Shown here piece after piece: positions 1 through 12,600 of a stretch of 64,000 nucleotides of DNA. The notes beneath the pieces were generated by a model, which worked only from the letters and a program-made list of their open reading frames with translations, was not told the origin of the DNA and did no database searches. A program made the position numbers and the translations under genes. The DNA is from Octopus bimaculoides. Taxonomy: Eukaryota. The DNA lies in contig NC_068986.1 in NCBI RefSeq assembly GCF_001194135.2, forward strand, positions 61,303,055 through 61,367,054. The letters are read 5' to 3'. Every line of letters starts with the position of its first letter. The first letter of the stretch is position 1.

Positions 1-930
1 ATCCCGTTGCATAATTTAGGAGGATCTAAATTTCTTAGAAGCATTATTAGGACTCTACCTTTAGAAAAAGTTTATGTGGAGGAATACCAGGTGGCTCAAG
101 AGAATTAAGGAACTCTGTTGGGTAATGGACAGCTTGATTTTCATCAAGGACTGAATCACCTGATTTGAATTTCTTAATGACTGTTGGAATCTTATTCATT
201 AAGTCATGATTAATACTTGCTACTGTGTCATTTTTTGGAGCAAGAATTGCCCTTTCACACAACCATATATGTGAATTATGATTATTACTTAAGTCTGGAA
301 ATACCATTCTTCAATTCAGCTGGGGAATTCACTATGGTAGTAATATGAGCCAAAATGATATCATCATTCCCATCAAATGGTACTTTCCCATTTCCTAATT
401 GGAGGAGCCAGATTAAAAACTGTTTTGCACATTGGTCCCTGTGTAATAAAACTCACACATTAGTACTGAAGGAGAATTTCAGTACTTTATTCCATAGGTG
501 TGAAGGCTTAATGCATGCTTTTATTTCATCAGATCATGTTTGTCTCAGAATGACTGGTAATGTCTGTCTGAAGTCTCCTGATAAAACTAATGGAACTCCA
601 CCCATAGATGGAAGAGCTTCCATTGTGACATGGTGCATTCATCCCTAATGATAAGGTGGCATTGGCTCAACACTTCTGCTGAACCTGAATCTTTGCTTAT
701 GTTACAGATTGGACTGTCATTTGTGACCAGGTTTAGTGGTAATTTAAAAGCAGAATGAGCTGTTCGTCCTCCTGGGAGAATGGTGGAAGCAAAGCCAGAT
801 AATGGTAAAGCAACTGCAATTCTTTTTTGTTACCTTACCTTGGAGAAAAGCAATGTTACAAATGTTATACTTATGCCACCAGGAGCATCAAGAAAGAAAA
901 TTACTCCGCTTTTTTCTGGTGATTGTAGAA
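1..930 (-). mobile_element. Helitron RepHel PIF1-type helicase remnant (frameshifts and stops)
   Basis: Minus-strand translations give FFLDAPGG (P-loop region), GGRTAHSAFKLPLNL, GDFRQTLPV, WLCERAILAPKN and YPTEFLNSLEPPGIPPHKL..LRNLDPPKLCNG, all hallmark Helitron helicase motifs in the expected order. Confidence 0.92.
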
Positions 931-1309
931 TGCTGAATGCATGCATGCACACACACACAGATACATATACATACAGTATGAAACATCAGATGAAATGGAT
1001 GTGCATGTGTGAGAGAGAGAGCGAGAGCGAGTGAAGGGGTGTGTTGTCATGTATACGTACATACATAAATAAATAGGCATACATCTTTCTTGTACATATG
1101 TGTGCATGTGTGAGTGTGTGAGAGAAAAAGAGAGTGCTACTTAGACATCATTCTCTCTCTCTCTCACACACACACACAGATACACGCATACATACATAGA
1201 TAAAAGATGTATGCATATGTATTTATGTATGTCGTATACATGACAACACCCCTTCACTCACACCTACACACACACAAACATAAATATATACAAACATATA
1301 AATGTATAG

Positions 1310-1439
1310 GTGCAGGCATGCTTCTTTCAGTTTCTCTCTACCAGATCTACTCACAAGGTTTTGGTGGATCCAAGGCTATAGCAGAAGATACCTGCCCAAG
1401 CTGCTATGCAGCGGAACTGAACCCGGAACAATTTTGGTC

Positions 1440-1445
<6 letters not shown>
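1310..1445 (-). mobile_element. tRNA-derived SINE fragment (family 2)
   Basis: TTCTTTCAGTTTC..CTCACAAGG..GCTATAGCAGAAGA..TGCCCAAG..GAACTGAACCC is the reverse complement of the SINE head and core at 6562 and 29393. Confidence 0.7.
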
Positions 1446-2170
<725 letters not shown>

Positions 2171-2232
2171 TGATTTATATATAAAAATTTGATTTGTAAA
2201 GATCTCTAATCTTTTTTCAACCTCTGTGTGTA

Positions 2233-2279
<47 letters not shown>

Positions 2280-2318
2280 ATATGTATATGCATGTATATA
2301 TGCTTATATATGTATGTA

Positions 2319-3178
2319 CATGGTCTGATTAATAAGAATCTGGACTATTGCTATAGTAATGAAGCTAAAGCACAGAGAGTAAAGCCACTTGGCACAGATT
2401 TAACTCTGCTGTGCATTCCAGCTCACTTCTGCTGTTTACAGCAGTGCTTGGAAGGAATGTGCATAGCGTGTGATCATCAAATAACCATGGCAGAGAAAGT
2501 TGAGCAGAGAATCTCCATCAAATTTTGCCAAAAGCTCGGTGATACTAGCTCAGAGGCCTTACACAAAGTTTTCAAAAAGTTTTCATCATTCTCTACACAA
2601 TCAAAGGGATCTTGTGCAACTAAAATCCGAGCGTCTTTTTGATCAGCTGAATGCAGTCTTGGCACAAACTTGACAGGCACATGTCTCATACCCAAATCTT
2701 CAGTGATAATGAACCATAACTAATCTGCACATCCTCTGATAACTCACAGATGGTGATTCAACAATTTCCCCTCAGAGCTGCACGCATATCTGTGATGTTT
2801 TTCTCAGTTCTGCTGATTGCAGGTCTCCCATAATGTTCATCAATATCAACATTTCTTTGGCTATCTTGGAAACATCTGAACCACTCATACACTTGTGTGC
2901 GGCTCATACACTCCTCTGCATACACTTTCTGCAACTTTGTGTAGGCCTCTGAGCAGGTATCACCACGACAACTTTCTCTATCATGGTCACTGCAATGGTT
3001 ACATGCTACACACCTTTCTTCCAAGTACTGCTGTAAACAGAAGAAGTAAGCTAGAATGTTGAAACTTAGTGCACATGCACAGCAGTGTTCAAGGTCAGTC
3101 TGCGCCAAGTGGCTTCACACTGCGTGGTTTAGCTTCATTACTATAGCAACAGTCTGAATACTTATTGATCAGATCTCG
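2319..3178. mobile_element. fold-back mariner derivative made of two left ends in inverted orientation
   Basis: TA|CATGGTCTGATTAATAAG at the left and CTTATTGATCAGATCTCG|TA at the right, with inverted arms of about 250 bp. The + arm encodes MAEKVEQRISIKFCQKLG; the - arm encodes MSRTQVYEWFRCF..GRP and GMRHVPVKFVPR..NFLKT (transposase N-terminal HTH region). Confidence 0.88.
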
Positions 3179-3369
3179 TATGTATGAACATGTATGTGCT
3201 TGCGTGTATGTGAATTCATGTGCAAGTGTCTATTTACGTGTATTTGTATTTGCACATATACATATGTGAGTGCATATATTCATATGACTGTATAGATATG
3301 TGCAACCATATACATGTAAAGTTTCTGTTGTATCCATGCACATTATATGCACACAAGTGCATTTGTATA

Positions 3370-3429
<60 letters not shown>

Positions 3430-3433
<4 letters not shown>

Positions 3434-3466
3434 CAATGTTAATTCTCTAAATGAAGTATTAACAGT
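3430..3466 (-). repeat. short copy of an unclassified (TA)n-abutting repeat (also at about 63178-63212)
   Basis: TAAGCAATGTTAATTCTCTAAATGAAGTATTAACAGTA matches the reverse complement of about 63176-63213 with 4 mismatches. Confidence 0.7.
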
Positions 3467-3483
3467 ATGTACTTTATATATAT

Positions 3484-3640
3484 ATCATCATCATCATCAT
3501 CATCGTTTAACGTCCGCTTTCCATGCTAGCATGGGTTGGACGATTTGACTGAGGACTGGTGAAACCGGATGGCAACACCAGGCTCCAGTCTGATTTGGCA
3601 GAGTTTCTACAGCTGGATGCCCTTCCTAACGCCAACCACA
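3484..3640 (-). mobile_element. RTE LINE 3' terminal fragment with (GAT)n tail
   Basis: (CAT)n-CGTTTAACGTCCGCTTTCCATGCTAGCATGGGTTGG, the same sequence type as the 3' ends of the long RTE copies in this window. Confidence 0.9.
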
Positions 3641-4209
3641 CATATGTATGTGTGTGCATGTGTGTATGTATTTTTACTTAATTTCTTTATGATCCCCACC
3701 ATCTTTATCTATCTCTCTCCCTCCCTTCTCTCTTTCTAATACTTTGATACAATGTTTCATTACTGCATTTCTTGTACTTACCAGATAACTTACTCCACCT
3801 ACCTCTTTTATAATCCTTCCCCCTTTCTTTCTTTCTTCTCTTCATTTTTCCTTATTTTACTGTCACCTTTCCACCACTTCACCCATCCAACCCCTGCTCC
3901 ATCCCAATGTCAAATACCATAACAATAATTTTCCAATTTTGTTCCTTTTCCTCTCTCTTCTTCTCAGGCAACTGAAAATATGTATATGTATATGGTTGCA
4001 GATATCTGACAAGCATGTACACATGGACACATATATATGTATGTAAGTGCATGTGTGGGTATGTACATATGTAGGTATGAAGGTATATGTATATATGTGA
4101 AGATATGTGTATACATGTATGCACATAGATATATATGCATATATGATACATGTGCGTGTGTGTGTGTATTTTGCACACATGTATATAGTCGTAGATTTAT
4201 ATGTTTGTA

Positions 4210-6062
4210 CTAGCAGTATAACCTGACCTTGTCCGGGTGTGACTTATTACACCATCTACAATAAGTCTTGCTAGGTGAAAATCAACTAAAAAAGAAAGCC
4301 TTACAACAAAAAAAACCTTATGATGTAAATATGTTCATAATTCAAAAGATGATGAAATTAATAGGGAAAGTCTGAAGGCTGTTTTGTGTAACATTATTAA
4401 GTGTACGTAAATTTCATCCATCTAATTGCCTATAGAAATGCTTGTGCAAAACAACTTTTTGTGCTGCCCTGATTATACATAGCAGGGTAATCCCTTTTAG
4501 CAGGAGGTAGGATGGCAATTTCTGATGAAGCAATTGCTGGCGATCTGTTGCTACACAGTTTTGCCAGAATTCTATCAGATAAGGCAGAAGATGTTNNNNN
4601 NNNNNNNNNNNNNNNNNNNNNNNNNNNNNNNNNNNNNNNNNNNNNNNNNNNNNNNNNNNNNNNNNNNNNNNNNNNNNNNNNNNNNNNNNNNNNNNNNNNN
4701 NNNNNNNNNNNNNNNNNNNNNNNNNNNNNNNNNNNNNNNNNNNNNNNNNNNNNNNNNNNNNNNNNNNNNNNNNNNNNNNNNNNNNNNNNNNNNNNNNNNN
4801 NNNNNNNNNNNNNNNNNNNNNNNNNNNNNNNNNNNNNNNNNNNNNNNNNNNNNNNNNNNNNNNNNNNNNNNNNNNNNNNNNNNNNNNNNNNNNNNNNNNN
4901 NNNNNNNNNNNNNNNNNNNNNNNNNNNNNNNNNNNNNNNNNNNNNNNNNNNNNNNNNNNNNNNNNNNNNNNNNNNNNNNNNNNNNNNNNNNNNNNNNNNN
5001 NNNNNNNNNNNNNNNNNNNNNNNNNNNNNNNNNNNNNNNNNNNNNNNNNNNNNNNNNNNNNNNNNNNNNNNNNNNNNNNNNNNNNNNNNNNNNNNNNNNN
5101 NNNNNNNNNNNNNNNNNNNNNNNNNNNNNNNNNNNNNNNNNNNNNNNNNNNNNNNNNNNNNNNNNNNNAGAAACAACAGCCAAATCTCCCTTAAATCACA
5201 CAAAGTAAACGGAATTTAAAAATTTTTACATCAATGGAATTTTTTCGATGTGAACTTTCCAGTGCAGTAATTACACGCTCAACATATAATATAGAGAATA
5301 AGAGTAGAAGAGGGAGAGGGAGAGAGAGAGAGAGAGAGAGAAAGTGATACATAAACCCTAACACTAACACCCTAGTGAAAATCGTGGTATATTTACCAAA
5401 CATTGACGAACATGAGTTATATTGTAGTGAATGTTTTGTGAGAGAGAAGAGGGAGAGAGGAAGAGGGAGAGAGAGGGGGAGAAAGGAATAGAGACGGTAG
5501 CAATGAAGAGAGAAAAAGAGAAAACGGAAGACAGTTATAAAATTGCAATGCGTAATGCGTGCACGTGTTTATATAAGAAACACAGAAACTAAATCTTATA
5601 TATATAATGTTGATGTGTGAATGTGTTTATAATGTTGTTGTCACAGATCACGTATGTGTGGTTGTGCGTGTTTTTACGTATCTATGTTATGAAAAATAGG
5701 TAAAGAATAATGAGAGGAAAGTTTAATCTATGACTTTGTATGTATCACTTTCTCTCACTCTCTCTCTCTCTCTCTCCCTCTTTTACTCTTACTCTCTATA
5801 TTAAATGTTGAGCCGCGTGTGTAAGAACGCCGTTCCAAGTAGAAGGGAAGAAATATAAAAGTTGCTAGAAACAACAGCCAAATCTCCCTTAAATCACACA
5901 AAGTAAACAGAATTTTAAAAATCTAGTTACTGCACTGGAAAGTTCACATCGAGAAAATTTCATCGATGTAAAAATTTTTACGAAAAAGTGGAAAATGTGG
6001 ATTTCTATACACTTTTAAAAAGGCTTCACACAGACACACAACTTCAGCTTTATATATTAAGA
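4210..6062 (-). mobile_element. complete non-autonomous Helitron (contains an assembly gap)
   Basis: The minus strand reads A|TCTTAATATATAAAGCTGAAG (5' end at 6062) and CCCGGACAAGGTCAGG-TTATACTG-CTAG|T (3' end at 4210), i.e. inserted between A and T with no TSD. An internal helicase relic reads SPAIASSEIAILPP. Confidence 0.88.
4596..5168. other. assembly gap (N run); other gaps at 11310-11319, 13654-14559, 32461-32470, 33229-33238, 60256-60780, 62063-62978
   Basis: Runs of n in the sequence. Confidence 1.
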
Positions 6063-6561
6063 TGTGTATGTGAATTCTTTAATCCATGGATTTTAAAATT
6101 TATACAAACAAACTTACGCTTCTATTAATCATTAATTATTACTTAATCTCTCTTCTGGACATGCATTACTCCTTTCTTCACTCAAGGTTTTTTCGATATA
6201 TAATATAATATATTTATATTTTACGATTCAATTTATATACCCCCAACCTGCCCAACTGTTAGCAGATACAACACCATTTATATTTTGAAAATAAATTACC
6301 CAATGAAATTCAAATGCTTATTTGTCAAATTGAATTATATCAAATCATATCTCACATGTACCATCACAATTTTATTCCAGTCTTGATCTCAACTGTCCAA
6401 TGAACAGAAATGTGAAGTCTGAGTAGCAGTTGTTTTGTGATGGTTTTGCAGATTTAATAAAAAAAAGCATATCAGTATTTGGGTATTATTATCTTCCACC
6501 TTGTTCTGCATTTATGTGCTTACTCACGTGTGTGTGTGTGTGTGCGTGTGTGTATATATAT

Positions 6562-6945
6562 GTAGGCACAAGTGTGGTTGTGTGCTAAGAAGCTTGCTTT
6601 CCAAACTCATGGTTCCAGGTTCAGTCTCACCATGTAGCACCTTGGGCAAATGTCTTCTATTATAGCCTTGTAAGTAGATTTGATAGATAGAAACTGCAAG
6701 AAGCCCTTCATGTGTGTATGTGTGTCCATGTGTGTGTGTGGGGGGGGGTGTCTTTGTGTCTGTGCTTGTCCCACAACCACCACTTGACAACAGGTGTTGG
6801 TGTGTTTACATCACCATAACAGCAAGGGAGACTAATAGAATAAGTATCAGGCTTAACAAAAGTTTGTACAAGGGTAGATTAATTTCACTAAAAAGTCCTC
6901 AAGGCAGTCTAATGACTGAAATAAGTAAAAGATAAAAGATGTCTG
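6562..6945 (+). mobile_element. tRNA-derived SINE (family 2, with internal microsatellite)
   Basis: Head GTGTGGTTGTGTGCTAAGAAG..GGTTCAGTCTC (A/B-box-like), core GCACCTTGGGCAAATGTCTTC, internal (GT)n and an A-rich 3' end. Confidence 0.8.
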
Positions 6946-6977
6946 CACATACATGCGCATACATATGGTACAAAAAA

Positions 6978-7022
<45 letters not shown>

Positions 7023-7704
7023 TATCATCATCATTTCAATGCTCACAATTCCATGCAATGCTCACTATTCCATCAGATAGAGTTTATCTGAGGTAGATTT
7101 TCAATGGCCAGGTGTCCTTTTTGTTGCCAACCCTTACCAGTTTCCAAACAAGACAATATTTTCCCATGCCCAGACATGTTTTGCAGAATATTGGAAATGA
7201 ATGGTATTTATTTACAGCATTCACACAATGGAAGTGTCAACAAAAAAGGTTTTTTGAAGATAGAAACAGAAGGATTAACTATTTACAACCTATGATCAGG
7301 TTCCTTATTGGATAAAGAAAAACATCAACAACCAAGATGTATCAGTAAAGTATAGACTGCTTGGTGAAAGGGCCAAGTTAACACAGCTAATCTTCCATGT
7401 ACTAGCACAATGTCCAAAAATACCACAATCTGAATATAAGGTCAGACATGAATAATCTGGCTAGGATTATCCATCTAGAACTGTGCCTTATTAGTGAGAT
7501 CAAATAGTATAACCACAAATCACAAAATGCCATGGATCTAGAAGTAAAATATTTTGGTTCTGTACAAAAAATGTGACATTATTGTTTGAAAATGTGACAT
7601 TATTGACACAGCAATCACCGAGGAAGAAAAAGTGACCAACAACAGACTGAGAGGAGAACTGAAAAAGATCAGACTTAAAGTAATTAAGTGTGAGTCCAAA
7701 CATA

Positions 7705-8985
7705 CAGGGTGTCCCAGAAAGATTTAGCCATGTTTAAAACTCTTTCTAAAGAATATCAGTTTAAGTAATAGTATCTACATTTTACATAAGGATTTGCACA
7801 TGTCTTTTGTTCATGTGTCTATTGTTTCATTTGTCTATAACAGGTTTGTAAACAAACATGGCATCGAAAGCAAAGCGTAACTAGACTGTCACTTTGAAAA
7901 TAGTTGGAGTGAGCAACAAGGACATAACAAAACAATTGAAAGTGTGCCGTAAAACAGTGTTCAAAACCTGCAAATGGCATATGGAGTTTGCTACTACCTC
8001 TAGCAAGCCAATGTCTGGTAGGAAGCAATCAATTTGTTCCAAACAAACAGTTGAAACTGTGAAGAAGTGAAATCCCCACAGGAGTGCAAGAAAAACTGCA
8101 AAAGCTCTTGATATTTCGAAATCATCAATGCACAGGATTTTTAAAGAGGATTTAAAGCTAACTACATACAAGAAACAATCCCAGCAGTTAACTTCAACAG
8201 CCTCCAAGAAGAAACAGCTTGACAGAGGTAAAACCATGTTAGCTGAGATGAAGCACACCGTTAACAAAGTGTTGATCTGGTCTGATGAGATTTTCACCAT
8301 GGAGGCAGTTACCAACAGGCAGAATGACAGGCTATGTGCACATAATGCAGGAGACTTGCCCAAAGGTAGCAGGAGTCATTTACACTGTCAGAAGCCAGCT
8401 TCACTCATGGTGTGAGCCTCAGTTGCAACTGATGGGTCCAAGTCTCCCTTGATCTTCATCAATGCTGGTGTCAAGGTCAACAGTGAAGTTTATGGGGAAA
8501 TGTTGAATGAGAAAGTGTTACCCTGGGTCACAGAAACCATTGGTGACTGTTACATCTTCACTCAAGACAGCCCACACAACCAATTTGACACAGTGGTGGT
8601 ACAAAGAACATTTCAGCGATTTTTGGGATAAGACGATATGGCCTCCCTCAAGTCCAGACATCAATTCCATGGACTTTGCTACTTGGTCCATCCTAGAGAG
8701 TAATATTTCTGCTCACTCCTATTCAACTGTGTCAGATCTGAAGAAAGCCCTTCAGTCTTCATTGGTCAAACTGGATGAAGAGATGGTACAATGCTCATGC
8801 AACTCAGTGACCACTTGTTTGCAGGTTATGGTCAAGGCAAAAGGTGGTCATTTTGAAATGTAATTACTGCAATGGATTGACAATTTACATTAGAACGTGT
8901 GTGCCAAATTTCATTATCCTACTACTTTAAGTTTATTATGAATAATTAAGAAATATCAATGGGTAAATCTTTCTGGGACATCCTG
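7705..8985 (+). mobile_element. full-length decayed Tc1/mariner element, probably maT (DD37D) type
   Basis: 27-bp TIRs CAGGGTGTCCCAGAAAGATTTAGCCAT / ATGGGTAAATCTTTCTGGGACATCCTG (2 mismatches) with TA TSDs. The transposase has WSDE, QD and WPPSSPDINSMDF motifs. Confidence 0.9.
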
Positions 8986-8987
8986 TA

Positions 8988-9632
8988 GTTGCCAAAGAAG
9001 AAAGACTCTGTCTTGATACCTTCCAGCTTCATCCACCACACAATTTCTTTTGCTATAGCCACAAGATAGAGGAAAACTGCCTTCCTTGTCCAGTTAAATG
9101 TGGCCAGCAGAGCAATCATCATTATAAACTCGATTAATAGCCAGATCCATCCTATAAATCCAGTATGAATTTGTAGAATTTGTACAACCAACCATCCAAA
9201 CCAGGTAATTTATGTCTTGTGCAACCTCTCATTGCTTCCTGTATTGCAGCAGCCATCATCTACTTTTTGTAGGACTTCACATCTTCAGTTGCGAGCCTAC
9301 TGCCAATCCACTATTATCTTCGACCTATAGTCAGGTAAAATGCTGCTGGAGAGTCACACACATCTACTTGAACTGAAAAGCACACTCTTGTTCTGATTTG
9401 TCAAAGGCCTGATTGTGGCTTCGTTTACAGGTCACATCTCTGTCACTCAGGTTCATCAAACAGCTTTTGTTGCCTTGTGTTTGAACACACTGACATTAGC
9501 TTCGACAACGCAGCCTTTGGATTTTGCCCCCAAAAAATAGTGAAGAACCATGTTGGTCACAATGTCTTCACCAGTTACCTCTCCTAGGTCACTAACTAGT
9601 TCTTCTCTCTCTTCTATTTTTATTGCTAGCGC
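8988..9632 (-). mobile_element. Tx1/L1-like LINE remnant, internally deleted; probably continues left of the maT insertion
   Basis: HYFLGAKSKGCVVEA, KLPGLDGWLYKFY and KAVFLYLVAIAKEIVWWMKLEG are homologous to segments of the 51.7-57.1 kb copy. Confidence 0.7.
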
Positions 9633-9635
9633 TTT

Positions 9636-12600
9636 CATCATCATCATCATCATCATCGTTTAACATCCACTTTCCATGCTAGCATGGGTTGAACAATTTG
9701 ACTGAGTACTGGTGAACCGGATGGCTGCAGCAGGCTCCAGTCTGATCTGGCAGAGTTTCTACAGCTGGATGCCCTTCCTAACGCCAACCACTCCAAGAGT
9801 GTAGTGGGTGCTTTTACGTGCCACCAGTATGAGGGCCAGTCACACGGTACTGGCAATGGCCACGCTCAAAATGGTGTTTTTACGTGCCACCTGCACAAGA
9901 GCCAGTCCAGCAGCACAGGCAACGACCTCGCTCGAATGATTTTCTAAGGTGCCACCAGCACAAATGCCAGTAAGGCGACACTAGAAATGATCATGCTGAA
10001 ATGGTGCTATTTACGTGCCGCTAGCACGGAAGCCAGACAGCTGCTCTGGCAATGATCACGCTTGGACGATGCTGTTAGTGCTCCACTGGCACAGGTGCCA
10101 ATCACCGAATATGGTTCAATTACAATTTCGATTTCACTTGCCCCAACAGGTCTTCGCAAGCAGAGTTTAATGTCTAATGAAGGAGAGGTTGGCATGGGTG
10201 CCAGTCGTCGAATTTGGTTCAATTTCGATTTCAGATTTACTTACATCAACAGGTCTTCGTAAGCATAGTTTAGTGTCCAATGAAGTAAAGATACGAATAA
10301 GTGAGCTGGCTACACTTCTAGCAGAGGCCACAGATTATGCCCTCACTTGGCTTGCTGGGTCTTCTCATGTACTGCATATTATCAAAGGTCCCGGTCAATA
10401 GTCATTGCCTTCGTGAGGCCTAAAGTTCGAAGGTCGTGCTTCACCACCTCATCCCAGGTCTTCCTGGGTCTACCTCTTCCACAATTTCCCTCAACCGCTA
10501 GGGTGTGGCCCTTTTTCACACAGCTATCCTCATCTATTCTTGCCACATGACCATACCAGCGCAATCGTCTCTCTTGCACACCACAACTGATGCTTCTTAG
10601 GTCTAACTTTTCTCTCAAGGTACTTACACTCTGCCAGGTATGCACACTGACATTACACATCCATCGGAGAATACTGCCTTCGTTTCTTGCGAGCTTATGC
10701 ATGTCTTCAGCAGTCACAGCCCATGTTTCACTGCTATGTAGCATGGCGGTTCGTACACATGCGTCATACAGTCTGCCTTTTACTCTGAGTGAGAGGCCCT
10801 TTGTCACCAGCAGAAGTCAGAGCTCTTTGAACTTTGACCAGGCTATTCTTATTCTAGCAGCCACACTTTCGGCGCACCCTCCCCCCGCTACAAACTTGGT
10901 CACCCAGATAGCGGAAGCTATCAACTACTTCTAGTTTTTCTCTCTGGAATGTGGCAAAGGTTGTTTACTGCACATTTGCCATGTTTATTGCTCTTCAGCA
11001 TCTGTCACATACAAAAACTATCTTGCTAGTTAGCCTTCCTTTGATATTGCTGCACCTCTTATGTGTCCATAGCTTACACTGGGTACAACTTATGGAGTTA
11101 CTACCTACGCCTTCTCTACAGATCGAGCAGGCCCATCTACCTGAAGGGATTTGTGTTTTGTCTACCTTCCTACTTATTAGTACTTAAGTTTTAGCTAGGT
11201 TGACTCTAAGGCCCTTCGATTCTAGTCCTTGCTTCCACACCTGAAACTTCTTCTCCTCTAGTTCTGATAGTGACTCAGCAATTAGGGCAAGGTCATCAGC
11301 ATAGAGGGGNNNNNNNNNNTCTTCTCCTCTAGTTCTGATAGTGACTCAGCAATTAGGGCAAGGTCATCAGCATAGAGGGGCTCCCAGGGGCATCCTGTCT
11401 TGAATTCCTGTGTTATTGCCTGGAGGACTATGATGAATAGGAGTGGGCTGAAGACTGGACCCTGGTGGACCCCTGCCTCTACCCGGAATTCTTCACTGTA
11501 CTCGTTGCCAACCCTCACCTTACTGACAGCGTCCCTGTACATGGCTTGCACAGCTGTCACTAACCATTTGCCTATCCCTAGTTTTCTCATTGACCACCAG
11601 ATAAGGGAGCGGGGGACCCTGTCAAAGGCTTTCTCCATGTCAATGAAAGTCAGGTACAGAGGTTTATCTTTGGCTAGGTATTTCTCCTGCAGCTGTCTTA
11701 CCAGAAATATAGCATCAGTGGTGTTTTTCCCTGGAATGAACCCAAACTGCATCTCATCTAAGCTGACTCTAATTAGTTGGGCTAGGACCTTCTCAGTGAC
11801 CTTCATTACCTGGTCCAACAACTTGATACCTCTGCAATTGTTTTTGTCTAAAGCGTCACCTTTACCTTTGTAGCAGTTGACTATGGTGCTGCTACACCAG
11901 TCATTGGGTATGTCTGCTTCGTGTATCACCTGATTAACTATACGGGTAACTTGGCAAAAGCCGACACTGCGAGAGATTTTGAGCATCTCTGCAGTGATTC
12001 TTAATGGGCCGGGGGCTTTCCCTGTCTTCATACTCTTGATCGCTTTATCTACCAAGGTACTATCAATTAGGATAACTGGTCCTTCTGTTGGGTTGACATG
12101 CAGCAGACTCTCTTCCTTGCATTCATTCTATTTATTAAGCAACCTTTCATAGTGGCGTCTCTAAACCTCTCTCTTTGCAGCCTCGTTTAGTGCAAGTGAG
12201 CCATCATCCATGCAGACACATTTCTCTCCTACGACATCACGATTCTCTCTCACACACTGTCTTAATTCTTTATTGCCCACAAGGGGCTAAACATAGAGGG
12301 GACAAACAAGGACAGACAAAGGGATTAAGTTGATTACATCGACCCCAGTGCGTAACTGGTACTTAATTTATCGACCCTGAAAGGATGAAAGGCAAAGTCG
12401 ACCTTGGCGGAATTTGAACTCAGAACGTAACGGCAGACGAAATACCGCTAAGCATTTCGCCCGGCGTGCTAACGTTTCTGCCAGCTCACACACTGTTTTG
12501 CAACACAAAATACTCCAAGTCTTTGGTCCTCACGACGCAGAACATTGGCATATTTTTTCTTATCTCCTTCCCTTTTGGCAACCTGATACAACTCCCTGCT

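Noticed and set aside
3968-3987. Possible first coding exon (..ATG TAT AT|GTATAT) that would give the signal peptide MYILITGFFLMATCDLCQS
   Set aside because: The acceptor is strong but the donor is weak and lies in a microsatellite, and two large gaps between it and E1 could hide the true upstream exons.
2226-4180. Many ORFs rich in YI/HT/CV repeats
   Set aside because: These are translations of (TA)n, (CA)n and (TG)n microsatellites.
4430-5219. Long ORFs of 200-414 aa in the track (also 13354-14686, 60253-60888, 61834-63127)
   Set aside because: They only appear long because they span N gaps translated as X.
11251-11380. Apparent tandem duplication of about 60 bp flanking a 10-N gap (also 32409-32520)
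   Set aside because: Near-identical sequence on both sides of a placeholder gap is an unmerged contig overlap, not biology. The extra RTE 3' UTR at 33239-33522 may be partly the same artefact.
12264-12484. tRNA-like A/B boxes here and in other SINE heads
   Set aside because: They continue into SINE cores and tails with TSDs and show no complete cloverleaf, so they are not called as tRNA genes.
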